Part shown: one piece after another, positions 19,065 to 29,498 of the stretch
How positions within the stretch are numbered: the stretch's first letter is position 1
How the letters are laid out: the number at the start of each line of letters is the position of its first letter
Assembly (NCBI GenBank): GCA_947632115.1
Contig: CANROB010000006.1
Span: 3,844-67,843 of the forward strand
Direction of reading: 5' to 3'
Length of the DNA stretch: 64,000 nt
Source of the DNA: an uncultured Bacilli bacterium
GTDB lineage: Bacteria > Bacillota_I > Bacilli_A > RF39 > UBA660
The notes under the pieces: generated by a model
Told to the model about the DNA's origin: nothing
What the model saw: the letters and a program-made list of their open reading frames with translations, nothing else
The model's database searches: none
Program-made: the position numbers and the translations under genes

Positions 19065-19845
19065 TGCGGCTGTTGCGCTTGCGATTGTGATTCCCCTTTT
19101 TATAATAGGGGGAATTCCTTATTCTTTAGGAGTAATGGTGGTTGCCATGCTTGCCTTAAAAGAATATTTGGATATGAAAGAGACAAAAAAGGAATTACCA
19201 ATGTTAATTAAGCTTTTAGCTTATTTATCGATTCCTCTTATTTTACTTACCATCACCGTAGAAGGGGCTTCTTTGATGACGATTGATTTTCGAATTCTAA
19301 GTGGCATTTTCTTGGTATTATTACTTCCTATGGTCGTATTTCATGAGAGAAAGATTTATAGTATCAATGATGCTTGCTATGTGACAGCAGGAGTTCTCTT
19401 TATTGGATTTTCAATGTCTTATTTAATAACTTATTATAATTTGAACCGTCTATTATTGATTTATCTTTTCTTAATTACTTCTATTACGGATACATATGCT
19501 CTTTTCGTTGGAAATTTAATTGGTAGGAATAAACTGTTAGAAGTTGTTTCTCCTAAAAAGACTTGGGAAGGTTTTATAGGAGGAAGTCTTGTTGGAACAT
19601 TTATCAGTGTCATGTTTTATAAGACGTTTGTTAATCCAAATGTTGTTCTTAGCAATTTAATTGTGATTACCCTTTTCTTGACTATCATTGGGCAGTTAGG
19701 AGATCTTTTCTTCTCTGCTATTAAAAGATACTATGATAAAAAGGATTTTTCGAATATCATGCCAGGACATGGGGGCATTTTGGACCGTTTAGATAGTTTT
19801 ATTTTTGTAATGTTAGCGTTTAGTTTATTTATTACGTTATTATAG
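19045..19845 (+). CDS. cdsA: Phosphatidate cytidylyltransferase
   Basis: Polytopic membrane protein with the CDS signature SAIKRYYDKKDFSNIMPGHGGILDRLDS. Confidence 0.85.
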   Translation: MKIRIISAAVALAIVIPLFIIGGIPYSLGVMVVAMLALKEYLDMKETKKELPMLIKLLAYLSIPLILLTITVEGASLMTIDFRILSGIFLVLLLPMVVFHERKIYSINDACYVTAGVLFIGFSMSYLITYYNLNRLLLIYLFLITSITDTYALFVGNLIGRNKLLEVVSPKKTWEGFIGGSLVGTFISVMFYKTFVNPNVVLSNLIVITLFLTIIGQLGDLFFSAIKRYYDKKDFSNIMPGHGGILDRLDSFIFVMLAFSLFITLL

Positions 19846-19854
19846 GAGGCAACC

Positions 19855-20931
19855 ATGACATTAATTTATTTTATCTTAATTTTAGGTGTTGTAGTATTAG
19901 TTCATGAATTTGGACACTTTATTTTTGCTAAGAAATCTGGGGTTTATGTCTACGAGTTTTCTCTTGGGATGGGACCTCGTTTACTAAAATTTAACCGAAA
20001 GAAAAAGGTCAAGGATAAAAAAGGAAAAGTTCATTATGAAAAGGATGAAACCGACTATAGTATTCGTCTTTTACCAATTGGTGGTTATGTTCAAATGGCA
20101 GGAGAAGAAGGGGAAGTAGATGAAAATATTCCAGAAGATAAACTTCTTCAATCCAAGCCTTGGATTAATCGCTTTATGACGATGGTAGCAGGGGTTATGT
20201 TTAACTTCTTGCTTGCCCTTGTTCTTCTTTTTATCATTGGTATTTGTAATGATATTAGTCTAAATAGTACGAAATTAGCGGATATTAATCAGGAACTTTA
20301 TCCAACCTTAGAAGAGGGAGACCGCATTCTAACTGTGGATGGTAAACGAATTAGAAACTATGACCGACTTGCTTTAGAACTAACGGTTCATGGGGATGAA
20401 GATTTCAAAATGAAAGTAGAACATCCATCTGGAAAAGTAGAAACCGTTACGATTACGCCAGAAGAAGTTAAGGATGAAAAAGGAAATCTCCTTGGATATG
20501 AATATGGATTTCATTTAGATGGAGATCACTACAGTCATAATTTATTAGCTTCTATTCGTTTTGCTTTTGGTAAATTCTTTAGTATGATTGAGCAGATGTT
20601 CTTTACGGTTTTCTATCTCATTACGGGAAAATTAAGTGTAAAGATGTTATCTGGTCCAGTTGGTATTTATAGTGTAGTGGGAGCCGCTAGTTCAGAAGGA
20701 TTTATGAGTATACTTTCTCTTCTTGCTATGATTAGTGTTAACGTAGGATTTATCAATTTACTTCCTTTCCCAGCCTTTGATGGTTGTCATGCATTATTTT
20801 TAATCATTGAAAAATTAAAAGGAAGTCCTGTTAATCAGAAAGTAGAAAGTACGATTCATAACATTGGATTTATTCTACTCATGATTTTAATGGTATATAT
20901 TACCTATAATGATATTTTAAGATTGTTTTAG
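19855..20931 (+). CDS. rseP: RIP site-2 metalloprotease RseP/RasP
   Basis: N-terminal HEFGH in a TM helix, an internal PDZ-like segment and a C-terminal NLLPFPAFDG motif. Confidence 0.85.
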   Translation: MTLIYFILILGVVVLVHEFGHFIFAKKSGVYVYEFSLGMGPRLLKFNRKKKVKDKKGKVHYEKDETDYSIRLLPIGGYVQMAGEEGEVDENIPEDKLLQSKPWINRFMTMVAGVMFNFLLALVLLFIIGICNDISLNSTKLADINQELYPTLEEGDRILTVDGKRIRNYDRLALELTVHGDEDFKMKVEHPSGKVETVTITPEEVKDEKGNLLGYEYGFHLDGDHYSHNLLASIRFAFGKFFSMIEQMFFTVFYLITGKLSVKMLSGPVGIYSVVGAASSEGFMSILSLLAMISVNVGFINLLPFPAFDGCHALFLIIEKLKGSPVNQKVESTIHNIGFILLMILMVYITYNDILRLF

Positions 20932-20941
20932 GCGGTGAATT

Positions 20942-21841
20942 ATGCTCAAAGTAGAACATATTACAAAATATTACGGTGATTTTAAAGCCGTAGATGATTT
21001 ATCTTTTGAGGTCAAAGAGGGAGAAATCTTTGGCCTTCTTGGTGTGAATGGCGCAGGAAAGACGACGACGTTTCGCATGATTATGGGACTACTCGATTAT
21101 CAAGATGGTTCGATTACATTAAATGGCAAAAAGATTGATTATAGCATTACCGATGAAATTGGCTTTTTAACGGAAGAAAGAAGTTTACTTACCAAGCTAA
21201 CGGTAAAAGAGCAAGCTCTTTTCTTTGGAGCCTTAAAAGGAATGAGTAACAAAGAAATTTTAAAAAGACTAGATGAGTTATTAAAGCGATTTGAAATTAC
21301 AGAGTATAAAGAGAAAAAAATTAAAGAATTATCCAAAGGAAATCAACAAAAAGTTCAATTTATCATGGCCATTTTAAATCATCCTAAGCTACTCATTTTA
21401 GATGAACCGTTCTCTGGGTTAGACCCTTTTAATATTGAATTATTTAAAGAAGAAATTCTAAGACTAGCAGGTGAGGGAAGTATGATTATTTTCTCATCTC
21501 ACCGGATGGACCATGTAGAACTTTTCTGTAAAAAATTAGTCATTTTAGTAAATGGAAAATCTGTGATTTCTGGATATATTAAAGATATCAAAAAGAATTA
21601 TCGGAAAAAGAATATTTTCATTAAGGGAGATATTCAAAAAGAAGAGTTAAAAAAAATCGGTGGTGTTTTAGAAGTTGTAGAACACGCAGATGAACTAGAG
21701 GTTAAAATTGAATCAGAGGAAATTGTCGATAAAGTTTTTGAAGCGATTAAAGAGAAGAAAAATATTACCAAATTTATGGTAGAAGAACCTTCTTTAAATG
21801 AAATCTTTGTTGCTAAAGTAGGTGAATCTTATGAGAAGTAA
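20942..21841 (+). CDS. ABC transporter ATP-binding protein (ABC-2 / NatA-like)
   Basis: Walker A GVNGAGKTT, signature LSKGNQQK and Walker B LLILDEP. Confidence 0.85.
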   Translation: MLKVEHITKYYGDFKAVDDLSFEVKEGEIFGLLGVNGAGKTTTFRMIMGLLDYQDGSITLNGKKIDYSITDEIGFLTEERSLLTKLTVKEQALFFGALKGMSNKEILKRLDELLKRFEITEYKEKKIKELSKGNQQKVQFIMAILNHPKLLILDEPFSGLDPFNIELFKEEILRLAGEGSMIIFSSHRMDHVELFCKKLVILVNGKSVISGYIKDIKKNYRKKNIFIKGDIQKEELKKIGGVLEVVEHADELEVKIESEEIVDKVFEAIKEKKNITKFMVEEPSLNEIFVAKVGESYEK

Positions 21842-23159
21842 ATTAAATTTTTTAATTGGTGTGAGTTTAGCAAGAAAGGTTAAAACCAAATGGTTTGTTG
21901 TTGCGCAAATCCTTCTTTGCCTTTTAGTTGTTGGCATGATTAATCTAGATATTCTCATTAAATCTTTTGGAGGAGATTTTGATGATGCCGTAAAAATTTA
22001 TGTTGTCGATGAAACAGAGTCCTCTTATGAAATTTTTAAAGAAGCCTTACTTTTAAATGAAAAGAATCTTTATGGCGAAGATTCCGCACTTTACGAAATT
22101 GAAAAAATTGCCAAGGTAGAAGATAAAAAAGAAGAAGTAGGCGATGAGGGTGGTATCATTGTCGATATTAAAAAATCAGAAGAAAACACCATTGAAGTAG
22201 AATTAATTTCCAAAGAAACGGTGGATACGTATGATTATTCTTTAATTAGTAGTGCCTTAAATAGTGTAAAAGTAGTCCTTGTCATGGATGATTTAGGACT
22301 TACAGCAGAAGATTATAGTAAGATTATGTCAGATGTTACCATTACCACTTCTTTAGTAAATGAAAATAATAAAACCGAAGAAGAGGGAACCGAAATGATT
22401 ATGACAACGGTTTTTCCAATCTTCATTTTACCAATTTTCGTATTATCTTTATTCCTCGTTCAAATGATTGGGGCTGAGGTAAACGATGAAAAAACGACCA
22501 AAGCAATGGAGATTATTATTTCTAATGTTTCTCCAAAAACTCACTTCTTTGCAAAAGTGATTGCTGGAAACCTATTTGTCATTGGTCAAGCAGTCCTTAC
22601 CTGTGGGTATGGTGGTTTAGGTATTTTTATCAGACACCTTTTAACCAAAGGAGGAAGTGGAGGTGCTGCTTTCTTTGATGAAATTGGACCGATGATCTCT
22701 TCTATGCTAGAAAGTTCTATTGGCGATAAGCTTGTGATTATTCTTCCTTTGGCGATTGTCCTTATCCTTCTTACTTTTGTTGCATATGCTTTATTAGCAG
22801 GAGTGTTGGCATCTATGACAACCACAACAGAAGATTATCAACAAGTTCAAGTACCGATTATGATTCTTTCTTTACTTGGCTATTATTTAGGAATTATGGC
22901 AGGGATGTTTAAAGGTTCTTTGGTAATTAAAATTTTCTCTTTTGTTCCTTTTATTTCCGCCATTTTAGCGCCTTCTTTACTGGTATTAGGGCAAATAGGA
23001 ATTTTAGAGATGATTATTTCCATTGTCATCATGTTGCTTACCAATTTCTTACTTATCAAGTATGGACTTAGAATTTATAAGGTAGGTATTTTGAATTATT
23101 CTTCTAGCGGTTTATGGAAGAAGATGGCGAAAGCTTTAAAAAATGATTCCATTAGATAG
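21831..23159 (+). CDS. ABC-2 type permease (YhaP/NatB-like)
   Basis: N-terminal TM, a large extracytoplasmic loop, then about 5 C-terminal TM helices. AGGTGA Shine-Dalgarno 7 nt before the ATG at 21831, which overlaps the ATPase gene stop. Confidence 0.7.
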   Translation: MRSKLNFLIGVSLARKVKTKWFVVAQILLCLLVVGMINLDILIKSFGGDFDDAVKIYVVDETESSYEIFKEALLLNEKNLYGEDSALYEIEKIAKVEDKKEEVGDEGGIIVDIKKSEENTIEVELISKETVDTYDYSLISSALNSVKVVLVMDDLGLTAEDYSKIMSDVTITTSLVNENNKTEEEGTEMIMTTVFPIFILPIFVLSLFLVQMIGAEVNDEKTTKAMEIIISNVSPKTHFFAKVIAGNLFVIGQAVLTCGYGGLGIFIRHLLTKGGSGGAAFFDEIGPMISSMLESSIGDKLVIILPLAIVLILLTFVAYALLAGVLASMTTTTEDYQQVQVPIMILSLLGYYLGIMAGMFKGSLVIKIFSFVPFISAILAPSLLVLGQIGILEMIISIVIMLLTNFLLIKYGLRIYKVGILNYSSSGLWKKMAKALKNDSIR

Positions 23160-23165
23160 GAGATT

Positions 23166-23450
23166 ATGATTCATAAAATAACGATGGGGAATTTAAATGA
23201 GTACCTAGATAGTAATACCCTTTTAATTGATGTACGAGACCCAGCTGAGTATCAAATTTATCATTTAGAAGGAGCTCAAAATATTCCTTATCAAGTAATC
23301 TTGGAAAAAACAAAAAGAATCCCTAAAGATACAAGGATGATTCTATACTGTTCGACTGGTAGTCGAAGTAGACTAGCCTGTAATCTTCTTCTCAGTATGG
23401 GATATACGAATCTTTACGATTTAGGGGCAGTAAGAGTTAACGAAAGTTAG
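23166..23450 (+). CDS. Single-domain rhodanese-like sulfurtransferase
   Basis: 94 aa with LIDVRDPAEY and the active-site loop CSTGSRS. Confidence 0.75.
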   Translation: MIHKITMGNLNEYLDSNTLLIDVRDPAEYQIYHLEGAQNIPYQVILEKTKRIPKDTRMILYCSTGSRSRLACNLLLSMGYTNLYDLGAVRVNES

Positions 23451-23487
23451 CTCTTTTTTCTTATTCATTAAAAAAGAGTATGATATA

Positions 23488-25821
23488 ATGGATTTGGTGA
23501 ATAGTATGGAAGAAGTTCTCATCTTAACAAATCATAGTAATAAAAAAGGATATCTAGAAGAACATAGCGACTCTTTATCTCCTAGAAAAATTATGACACT
23601 CCAAGAACTTGCGAGAAAAAAATATGGAGATTATGATGAAAGAGCTATCTATACCTTGATGAAAAGGGAACATATCTCTTATTCGATAGCTTCTCTTTAT
23701 TTAAAAAATATGGAGAATTTAAAAGAGATTCCCGATAAAAAGGTAAAATATTTAAAAGAGTTAGAATGCTTTTTAAAAGAAGAAAATCTACTTTTTTCTA
23801 ATCCCCTTTTTTCTACTTTTTTGAATCGTCAAAAAGTTTTGATTTATGGGAAAGATACGCTTTCTTTAGAAGAAAAAGACCTTCTAGAGGGAATTTCTTA
23901 TGAATTTTTAGAATCACCTATTTATGAAGAGAAAAAGCCTCTTTATGTTTTTGAAAAAGAAGAAGAGGAAATCTACTTTTTAGCGCAGTCTATTGTAAAA
24001 AAAATAAAAGAAGGAGTACCAGCTGAGAAAATAAAAGTTTTAAATGTAGATGATAATTCCCGCATGTTGATAGAAAAAATCTTTCATTGGTATCATATCC
24101 CTACATCGATTGGAATTCCAAGAAGTCTCTATGGAACGCCTTGGGTAAAGCATCTTTTATCACTCCCCCTCTCTGAAATAGAATCCGAGTTAGAAAACAT
24201 GGAAAAAACAGAGGTCGTAGAAAAAGTTACTTCTATCTTTCAGAAATATTCGACTTTACCAGATGATGAAATTACAAAGCAAATGATTGAGGAAGAATTA
24301 AAAAAGTGTACCTTAAAGAAGAACGAGGAAGGAGTAGAAGAGGGGGATATCTATACTTTATATCCTCTGGATACCATTTTATTTTTAATTGGTTGTAATC
24401 AAGGTGTTTTACCTGTCATCCATAAAGAAGAAGATTATTTTAGTGATTCTCTAAAAAAGGCTTTAGGTCGTTCTACTTCGATTGATCAAAACGAAGCAGA
24501 AAAAGAAGCACTTTCCTACTTTTTAAAACATCATAAAAATGTCATTTTAAGTTATAAAAAGAAAACATTAGAAGGAACTTTGTATCCATCCTCTTACCTA
24601 GAAGAGATAGGTATGACAACACCAGCTACCTTTACCTTTGACTACCAAGACAGTCACTTTGTCAATCAATTTCTGTTAGGAAAAATGTTAGATAATTATT
24701 ATCAATATAATATTCATGACCCTAAGTTAGAATATTTATATACAGCGTATTCTTCTCTTCCTTATGGAACTTATCAAAATCAGTATCAGAAAATCAGGAA
24801 AGAGACATTAGAAGAGGCAAGAAATAAAAAAATCTTATTATCTTATTCTAGTTTAGATACTTTTTATCGCTGTGGATTTCGTTATTATGTAGAAAAGATT
24901 TTAAAATTGAATAAAGAAGAAGATACTTTTTTACAAAATATTGGGACGCTTTACCACTATGTCTTATCCAAAGCCTTTTTAGACGATTTTGACTTTGAAA
25001 AAGAGTGGAATGCTTGCCTTCAAGAACATTCCATGGAAAAGACAAAAAAAGAGGCCTTTTTCCTTCAAAAATTAAAAGAAGAACTAAAATTTATTATCCA
25101 AGAAATAAAAAGACAATACGAGTTTATAGGTTTAAAAGAAGCTTTCTATGAAGAGGCAATTTATACGCATCCTACGGACGAAGAAAATGTTACTTTTATG
25201 GGAATTATTGATAAACTTCTTTATGATGAAAAAACGAATACTGTAGCTGTAATTGACTATAAAACGGGAAACCCTAATTTAGACCTTCGTGCTCTACCTT
25301 ACGGGTTAGAAAGTCAACTACCTATTTATTTATATTTGGTGAACCATTTTTCTAAAATAACGCATCCTGAGATTGCTGGATTTTATCTTCAAAAAATTCT
25401 TCATAATGAAATTGCTAAAGATAGAAAGAAGACATATGAAGAAAGCAAAAGAGAAAATCTTCGCCTTCAGGGCTATAGTACTAAGAATGAGGAAGTACTA
25501 TCTAGGTTTGATTCTACCTATCAAAATAGTATGGTTGTAAAAGGATTAAAAACAACCTCTAAAGGATTTAGTAGTTATAGTAAAGTATTAAGTGAAAAAG
25601 AAATGGAACATCTATTAAACATGGTAGAAGAAAACATCAAGAAAGCTATTTCGGAAATAAAAGAGGGAAATTTTACTATCAATCCCAAACGTGTTGGCTT
25701 TGATAATTTAGGGTGTGAATTTTGTCCGTATCATGATCTTTGCTATCATGTGGAGAAAGATATCATCAATTTAAAGAAATACGAAAATATAGATTTTTTA
25801 GGTGGTGAAGAAGATGCCTAA
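23488..25821 (+). CDS. addB: Helicase-nuclease AddAB/RexAB subunit B (short form)
   Basis: Immediately upstream of addA and overlapping it. The C-terminal RecB-type nuclease has IIDKL...VIDYKTG plus four Cys (FYRCG ... CEFCPYHDLC), typical of the AddB Fe-S nuclease. No Walker A seen. An alternative start at 23506 is possible because TGaTATAAT (23481-23489) overlaps the ATG at 23488. Confidence 0.75.
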   Translation: MDLVNSMEEVLILTNHSNKKGYLEEHSDSLSPRKIMTLQELARKKYGDYDERAIYTLMKREHISYSIASLYLKNMENLKEIPDKKVKYLKELECFLKEENLLFSNPLFSTFLNRQKVLIYGKDTLSLEEKDLLEGISYEFLESPIYEEKKPLYVFEKEEEEIYFLAQSIVKKIKEGVPAEKIKVLNVDDNSRMLIEKIFHWYHIPTSIGIPRSLYGTPWVKHLLSLPLSEIESELENMEKTEVVEKVTSIFQKYSTLPDDEITKQMIEEELKKCTLKKNEEGVEEGDIYTLYPLDTILFLIGCNQGVLPVIHKEEDYFSDSLKKALGRSTSIDQNEAEKEALSYFLKHHKNVILSYKKKTLEGTLYPSSYLEEIGMTTPATFTFDYQDSHFVNQFLLGKMLDNYYQYNIHDPKLEYLYTAYSSLPYGTYQNQYQKIRKETLEEARNKKILLSYSSLDTFYRCGFRYYVEKILKLNKEEDTFLQNIGTLYHYVLSKAFLDDFDFEKEWNACLQEHSMEKTKKEAFFLQKLKEELKFIIQEIKRQYEFIGLKEAFYEEAIYTHPTDEENVTFMGIIDKLLYDEKTNTVAVIDYKTGNPNLDLRALPYGLESQLPIYLYLVNHFSKITHPEIAGFYLQKILHNEIAKDRKKTYEESKRENLRLQGYSTKNEEVLSRFDSTYQNSMVVKGLKTTSKGFSSYSKVLSEKEMEHLLNMVEENIKKAISEIKEGNFTINPKRVGFDNLGCEFCPYHDLCYHVEKDIINLKKYENIDFLGGEEDA

Positions 25822-28800
25822 ATGGACCAAAGAGCAAGAAGAAGCCATTTACCGGAAAGGTGAAAATATTATCGTGAGTGCAGGAGCAGGATCTGGAAAA
25901 ACCGCTGTTTTAACGGCTAGAGTGATTGAAAAATTAAAATCAGGAACCCATATTTATGAACTTTTGATTTTAACTTTCACCAAAGCTGCCGCTTCTGAAA
26001 TGAAAGAGCGTATCCGCAAATCTATTGAGGAAATTCCTGCTTTAAAAGAAGAACTAAAATATCTAGATAGTGCTTATATTACTACCTTTGATAGCTATTC
26101 TTTATCCGTTTTAAAAAAATATCATTATGTTTTAGGTCTTGATAAAGAGATTGGAATTACAGAAAGTTCTCTTCTAGAGATGAAAAAAAGAGAACTATTA
26201 GAAGAAGTTTTTGAAGAACTTTATGAAGAAGAAAATCAAGCATTTGAGAAATTGATTTCCTCTTTTATGGTAAAAGATGATGAGTCCTTAAAGAAGTCTT
26301 TATTAGAGATGATTAAAAAGTTAGAACTTCGCTATGGGGTAGAGGACTATTTAGATAGTTACTTAGATACGTATTATGAAGAAGAAAAAGTGTATTTCCT
26401 CCTTCAATTATATGATTCCCTAGTACGGGAGAAACTAGAAGAAATAGAGTCGATGCAAAATGAGTTAGAAAAATATGTAGAGCCATCTTATACTAAAAAA
26501 TTAGAAGATTATTTTCAAGTGATTTTTTCTTGGAAAGATTATGATTCCTTAAAATCTGCTTTACAGGAAAAGATGCCAATGCTTCCTCGTAATAGTGAAG
26601 AAGAGATAAAAAAGAAAAAGACGGAACTATCTGGTCTTTTAGGTTCTCTAGATGACTTATTAGTCTATGGTAATCCAGAAGATATGAAAAAAGATTATCT
26701 AAAAACAAAGGATACCGTAGAGGTCATTCTTACCATTTTAAAACGCTATTTTAAAAAGATGAATACGTTTAAAAAGGAAAATGCTTTCTATGAATTTAGT
26801 GATATTGCTCATTTTGCGATTACCCTTTTAAAAGAAAATGAATCTATTCGAGAAGAAATTAAAAATTCTTTTGAAGAAATTTTAGTAGATGAATACCAAG
26901 ATACGAATGACCTACAAGAGACATTTATTTCTTATATTGCTAAAAATAATGTGTATATGGTGGGAGATGTAAAACAATCCATTTATCGGTTTCGGAATGC
27001 TAATCCTCATATTTTTCGAAAGAAATATAATGATTATCAGAATCATATGGGAGGCGCGAAAATCGATTTACTTTCTAACTTCCGTTCTAGAAGAGAAGTA
27101 TTAGAAGATATTAACCAAATCTTTTGTCAGATTATGGATGATGAGGTAGGGGGAGCAGATTACGAGGAGACTCATCAGATGATTTTTGGACTTACCGATT
27201 ATGAAGAAAAGGGGGCTACTAGTTCTGCTAAAAGTGAAATCTGGCAGTATATTCCTATTGACCAAGACGGATTTAAAAAAGAAGAGGTAGAAGCGTTCTT
27301 AGTTGCTCGCGATATCGAAAAGAAAGTAAAAGAGGGGTATCTTGTCTATGATAAAGATAGTAAAGAATTAAGACCCGCCACTTACCAGGATTTTGTCATT
27401 TTAATGGACCGCTCTACGCAATTTGATCTCTACCGGAAAATTTTTGAATATTTAAATGTTCCTTTAACCGTATATCGGGATGAGCGATTAGAAGAAGGGG
27501 AAGACTTATCTTTAATTAAGAATTTAATTGATTTTGTAATTCATATTTATGAAAAGAAAATCGATATCTCCTTCGAATATGATTTTGTCAGTATCGCAAG
27601 AAGTTTTTTGTACCGCATGGAGGAAGAAGAAATCCTTAAAATAAAAATGGCAAAAAGATATCAAGAAACGCCTATTTATCAAGATCTAGAAAAAGTATCT
27701 TACTTGCTAGAAGAACAAGATATTTATCATTTGTTATTGAATATTTTAGGTGCCACTTCTTTTTATCAAAAGTCAATTACGTCTTCGATGATTGAAATGC
27801 GAGAAGTACGGATGCGAAAAACCTTGGAACTTGCTCATAACTTAGACAAAAGCGGATATTCTATCTATCAATTTAAAGATTACTTAGAAACCTTATTAGA
27901 AGATGGATATAGTATTCGTTATAAGACAAATACAGATGCTGGAAATAGAGTAAAAATCATGACGATTCATACTTCTAAGGGATTAGAATATCCAGTTTGT
28001 TATTTTACGGGATTATATAACCGTTTCAATATTCAAGAGATTAAAGATAAATTTTTATATCAAGAAGCCTATGGCTTTGTTGTTCCTTTTTTCGATGAGG
28101 GAATTTCTGAAACTTTTGTAAAAGAATTAGTAAAAGAATCCTATTTGAAAGAAGAAGTATCTGAAAAAATTCGCCTTTTTTATGTCGCATTAACTAGAGC
28201 CCGGGAAAAAATGATTTTCCTTCTTCCTTATGAAGAAATAGATTGGAAAGAAAAAGAGTTAATATCTTCTGTTACCCGTAAAAAGTTTCGCAATTTTGCT
28301 TCCTTTTTAAATGCTTTAGGTGGTAATATTCAAGATCAATATTCTCGTTTAGAATTAGATAAAAATGATTTTACGAAAGCCTATCTTTTTCCAAAAGAAA
28401 TTACAAAGCAAAGATTTTCTTCTTCTGAAGTACTTACAGTTGAAGAATTAAAAGAGGAAGATAAAAAACTAGAAGCTAAACATTTTTCAAAAACTTCTAC
28501 TCATTTTCCAACCAAAGAAGAAAAAGAGAATATGCGTTTCGGTACTTTAGTACATGAATTTTTAGAATACCTAGATTTTAAAAATCCTAATTTAGAGGAA
28601 ATTCAAGATACTTTTCTAAGAAAGAAAATAGAAGCCTTTTTGAATCATCCATTATTAAAAGAAAAAGAGTCTGCAACGATTTATAAAGAACATGAATTCT
28701 CTTACCAGGATGGAAAAGTAGAATATCATGGAATCATTGACTGTATGTTAGAGTATCCAGATCATATTGATTTAATTGATTATAAATTAAAGCATGTTGA

Positions 28801-28921
28801 AGACTCTGCTTATCAAGAACAATTACATGGGTATCAAACGTATTTAGAAAAAATTACTAAAAAGAAAGTCAATTTATATTTGTATTCTATTTTAGATAGT
28901 AAAATAGAACCGATTTTCTAG
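25814..28921 (+). CDS. addA: ATP-dependent helicase/nuclease subunit A
   Basis: MPKWTKEQEEAI, Walker A AGAGSGKT, UvrD-family motifs (VDEYQDTN, MTIHTSKGLEYP) and a C-terminal nuclease GIIDCM...LIDYK. Confidence 0.9.
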   Translation: MPKWTKEQEEAIYRKGENIIVSAGAGSGKTAVLTARVIEKLKSGTHIYELLILTFTKAAASEMKERIRKSIEEIPALKEELKYLDSAYITTFDSYSLSVLKKYHYVLGLDKEIGITESSLLEMKKRELLEEVFEELYEEENQAFEKLISSFMVKDDESLKKSLLEMIKKLELRYGVEDYLDSYLDTYYEEEKVYFLLQLYDSLVREKLEEIESMQNELEKYVEPSYTKKLEDYFQVIFSWKDYDSLKSALQEKMPMLPRNSEEEIKKKKTELSGLLGSLDDLLVYGNPEDMKKDYLKTKDTVEVILTILKRYFKKMNTFKKENAFYEFSDIAHFAITLLKENESIREEIKNSFEEILVDEYQDTNDLQETFISYIAKNNVYMVGDVKQSIYRFRNANPHIFRKKYNDYQNHMGGAKIDLLSNFRSRREVLEDINQIFCQIMDDEVGGADYEETHQMIFGLTDYEEKGATSSAKSEIWQYIPIDQDGFKKEEVEAFLVARDIEKKVKEGYLVYDKDSKELRPATYQDFVILMDRSTQFDLYRKIFEYLNVPLTVYRDERLEEGEDLSLIKNLIDFVIHIYEKKIDISFEYDFVSIARSFLYRMEEEEILKIKMAKRYQETPIYQDLEKVSYLLEEQDIYHLLLNILGATSFYQKSITSSMIEMREVRMRKTLELAHNLDKSGYSIYQFKDYLETLLEDGYSIRYKTNTDAGNRVKIMTIHTSKGLEYPVCYFTGLYNRFNIQEIKDKFLYQEAYGFVVPFFDEGISETFVKELVKESYLKEEVSEKIRLFYVALTRAREKMIFLLPYEEIDWKEKELISSVTRKKFRNFASFLNALGGNIQDQYSRLELDKNDFTKAYLFPKEITKQRFSSSEVLTVEELKEEDKKLEAKHFSKTSTHFPTKEEKENMRFGTLVHEFLEYLDFKNPNLEEIQDTFLRKKIEAFLNHPLLKEKESATIYKEHEFSYQDGKVEYHGIIDCMLEYPDHIDLIDYKLKHVEDSAYQEQLHGYQTYLEKITKKKVNLYLYSILDSKIEPIF

Positions 28922-28965
28922 TATAAATTTCTTCTTTTAGGAAATTCTAATAACGAGGTGGATAT

Positions 28966-29403
28966 ATGAATGTCAATCAAGAGTTATTAGAATATATTTA
29001 TCAATCTAGTGAAATGGGAGTCGTTTCTCTTACTAATTTATTAAAAGATTTAAATGATAAAGAGAATAAACTAAAACCCGTTATTAGTGATGAATTAAGT
29101 TTCTATGAAAAGTATCAAAAGAAAAGTAAAAAACTCTTACAGGAAGAAAAGATTGAAATCAAAGAAAATTCGATGATGACCAAAATGATGTCAAAAATGG
29201 GAATTTCAAAGGAAGTAAAAAGTGACAACAGTGATGCATCGGTTGCGCATATGTTAATAGAAGGACTTACGATGGGCGTAGTTGACATGGAAAGTAAAAT
29301 CAAAAACTATGAGAAAGATGCCGATAAAAAAATTTTAAAACTTGCTTCTGATTATTTAAAATTTCAACAGGAAGAGATTGAAAAACTAAAAAAATATCTA
29401 TAA
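28966..29403 (+). CDS. Hypothetical helical protein
   Basis: 145-aa ORF with a GAGGTGGA RBS, predicted all-helical. I recognise no motif. Confidence 0.5.
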   Translation: MNVNQELLEYIYQSSEMGVVSLTNLLKDLNDKENKLKPVISDELSFYEKYQKKSKKLLQEEKIEIKENSMMTKMMSKMGISKEVKSDNSDASVAHMLIEGLTMGVVDMESKIKNYEKDADKKILKLASDYLKFQQEEIEKLKKYL

Positions 29404-29404
29404 A

Positions 29405-29430
29405 AAAGAAAGTTTTCAGCTTTCTTTTTT
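29405..29430 (+). terminator. Rho-independent terminator
   Basis: AAAGAAAG-ttttcag-CTTTCTTT hairpin running into a T-run. Confidence 0.7.
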
Positions 29431-29498
29431 CATGTGTTCCTAACCCGCACGCACTTTTTAGAAGTTTTTATGGTATAGTGAATTTAGGAGGGAAAACC

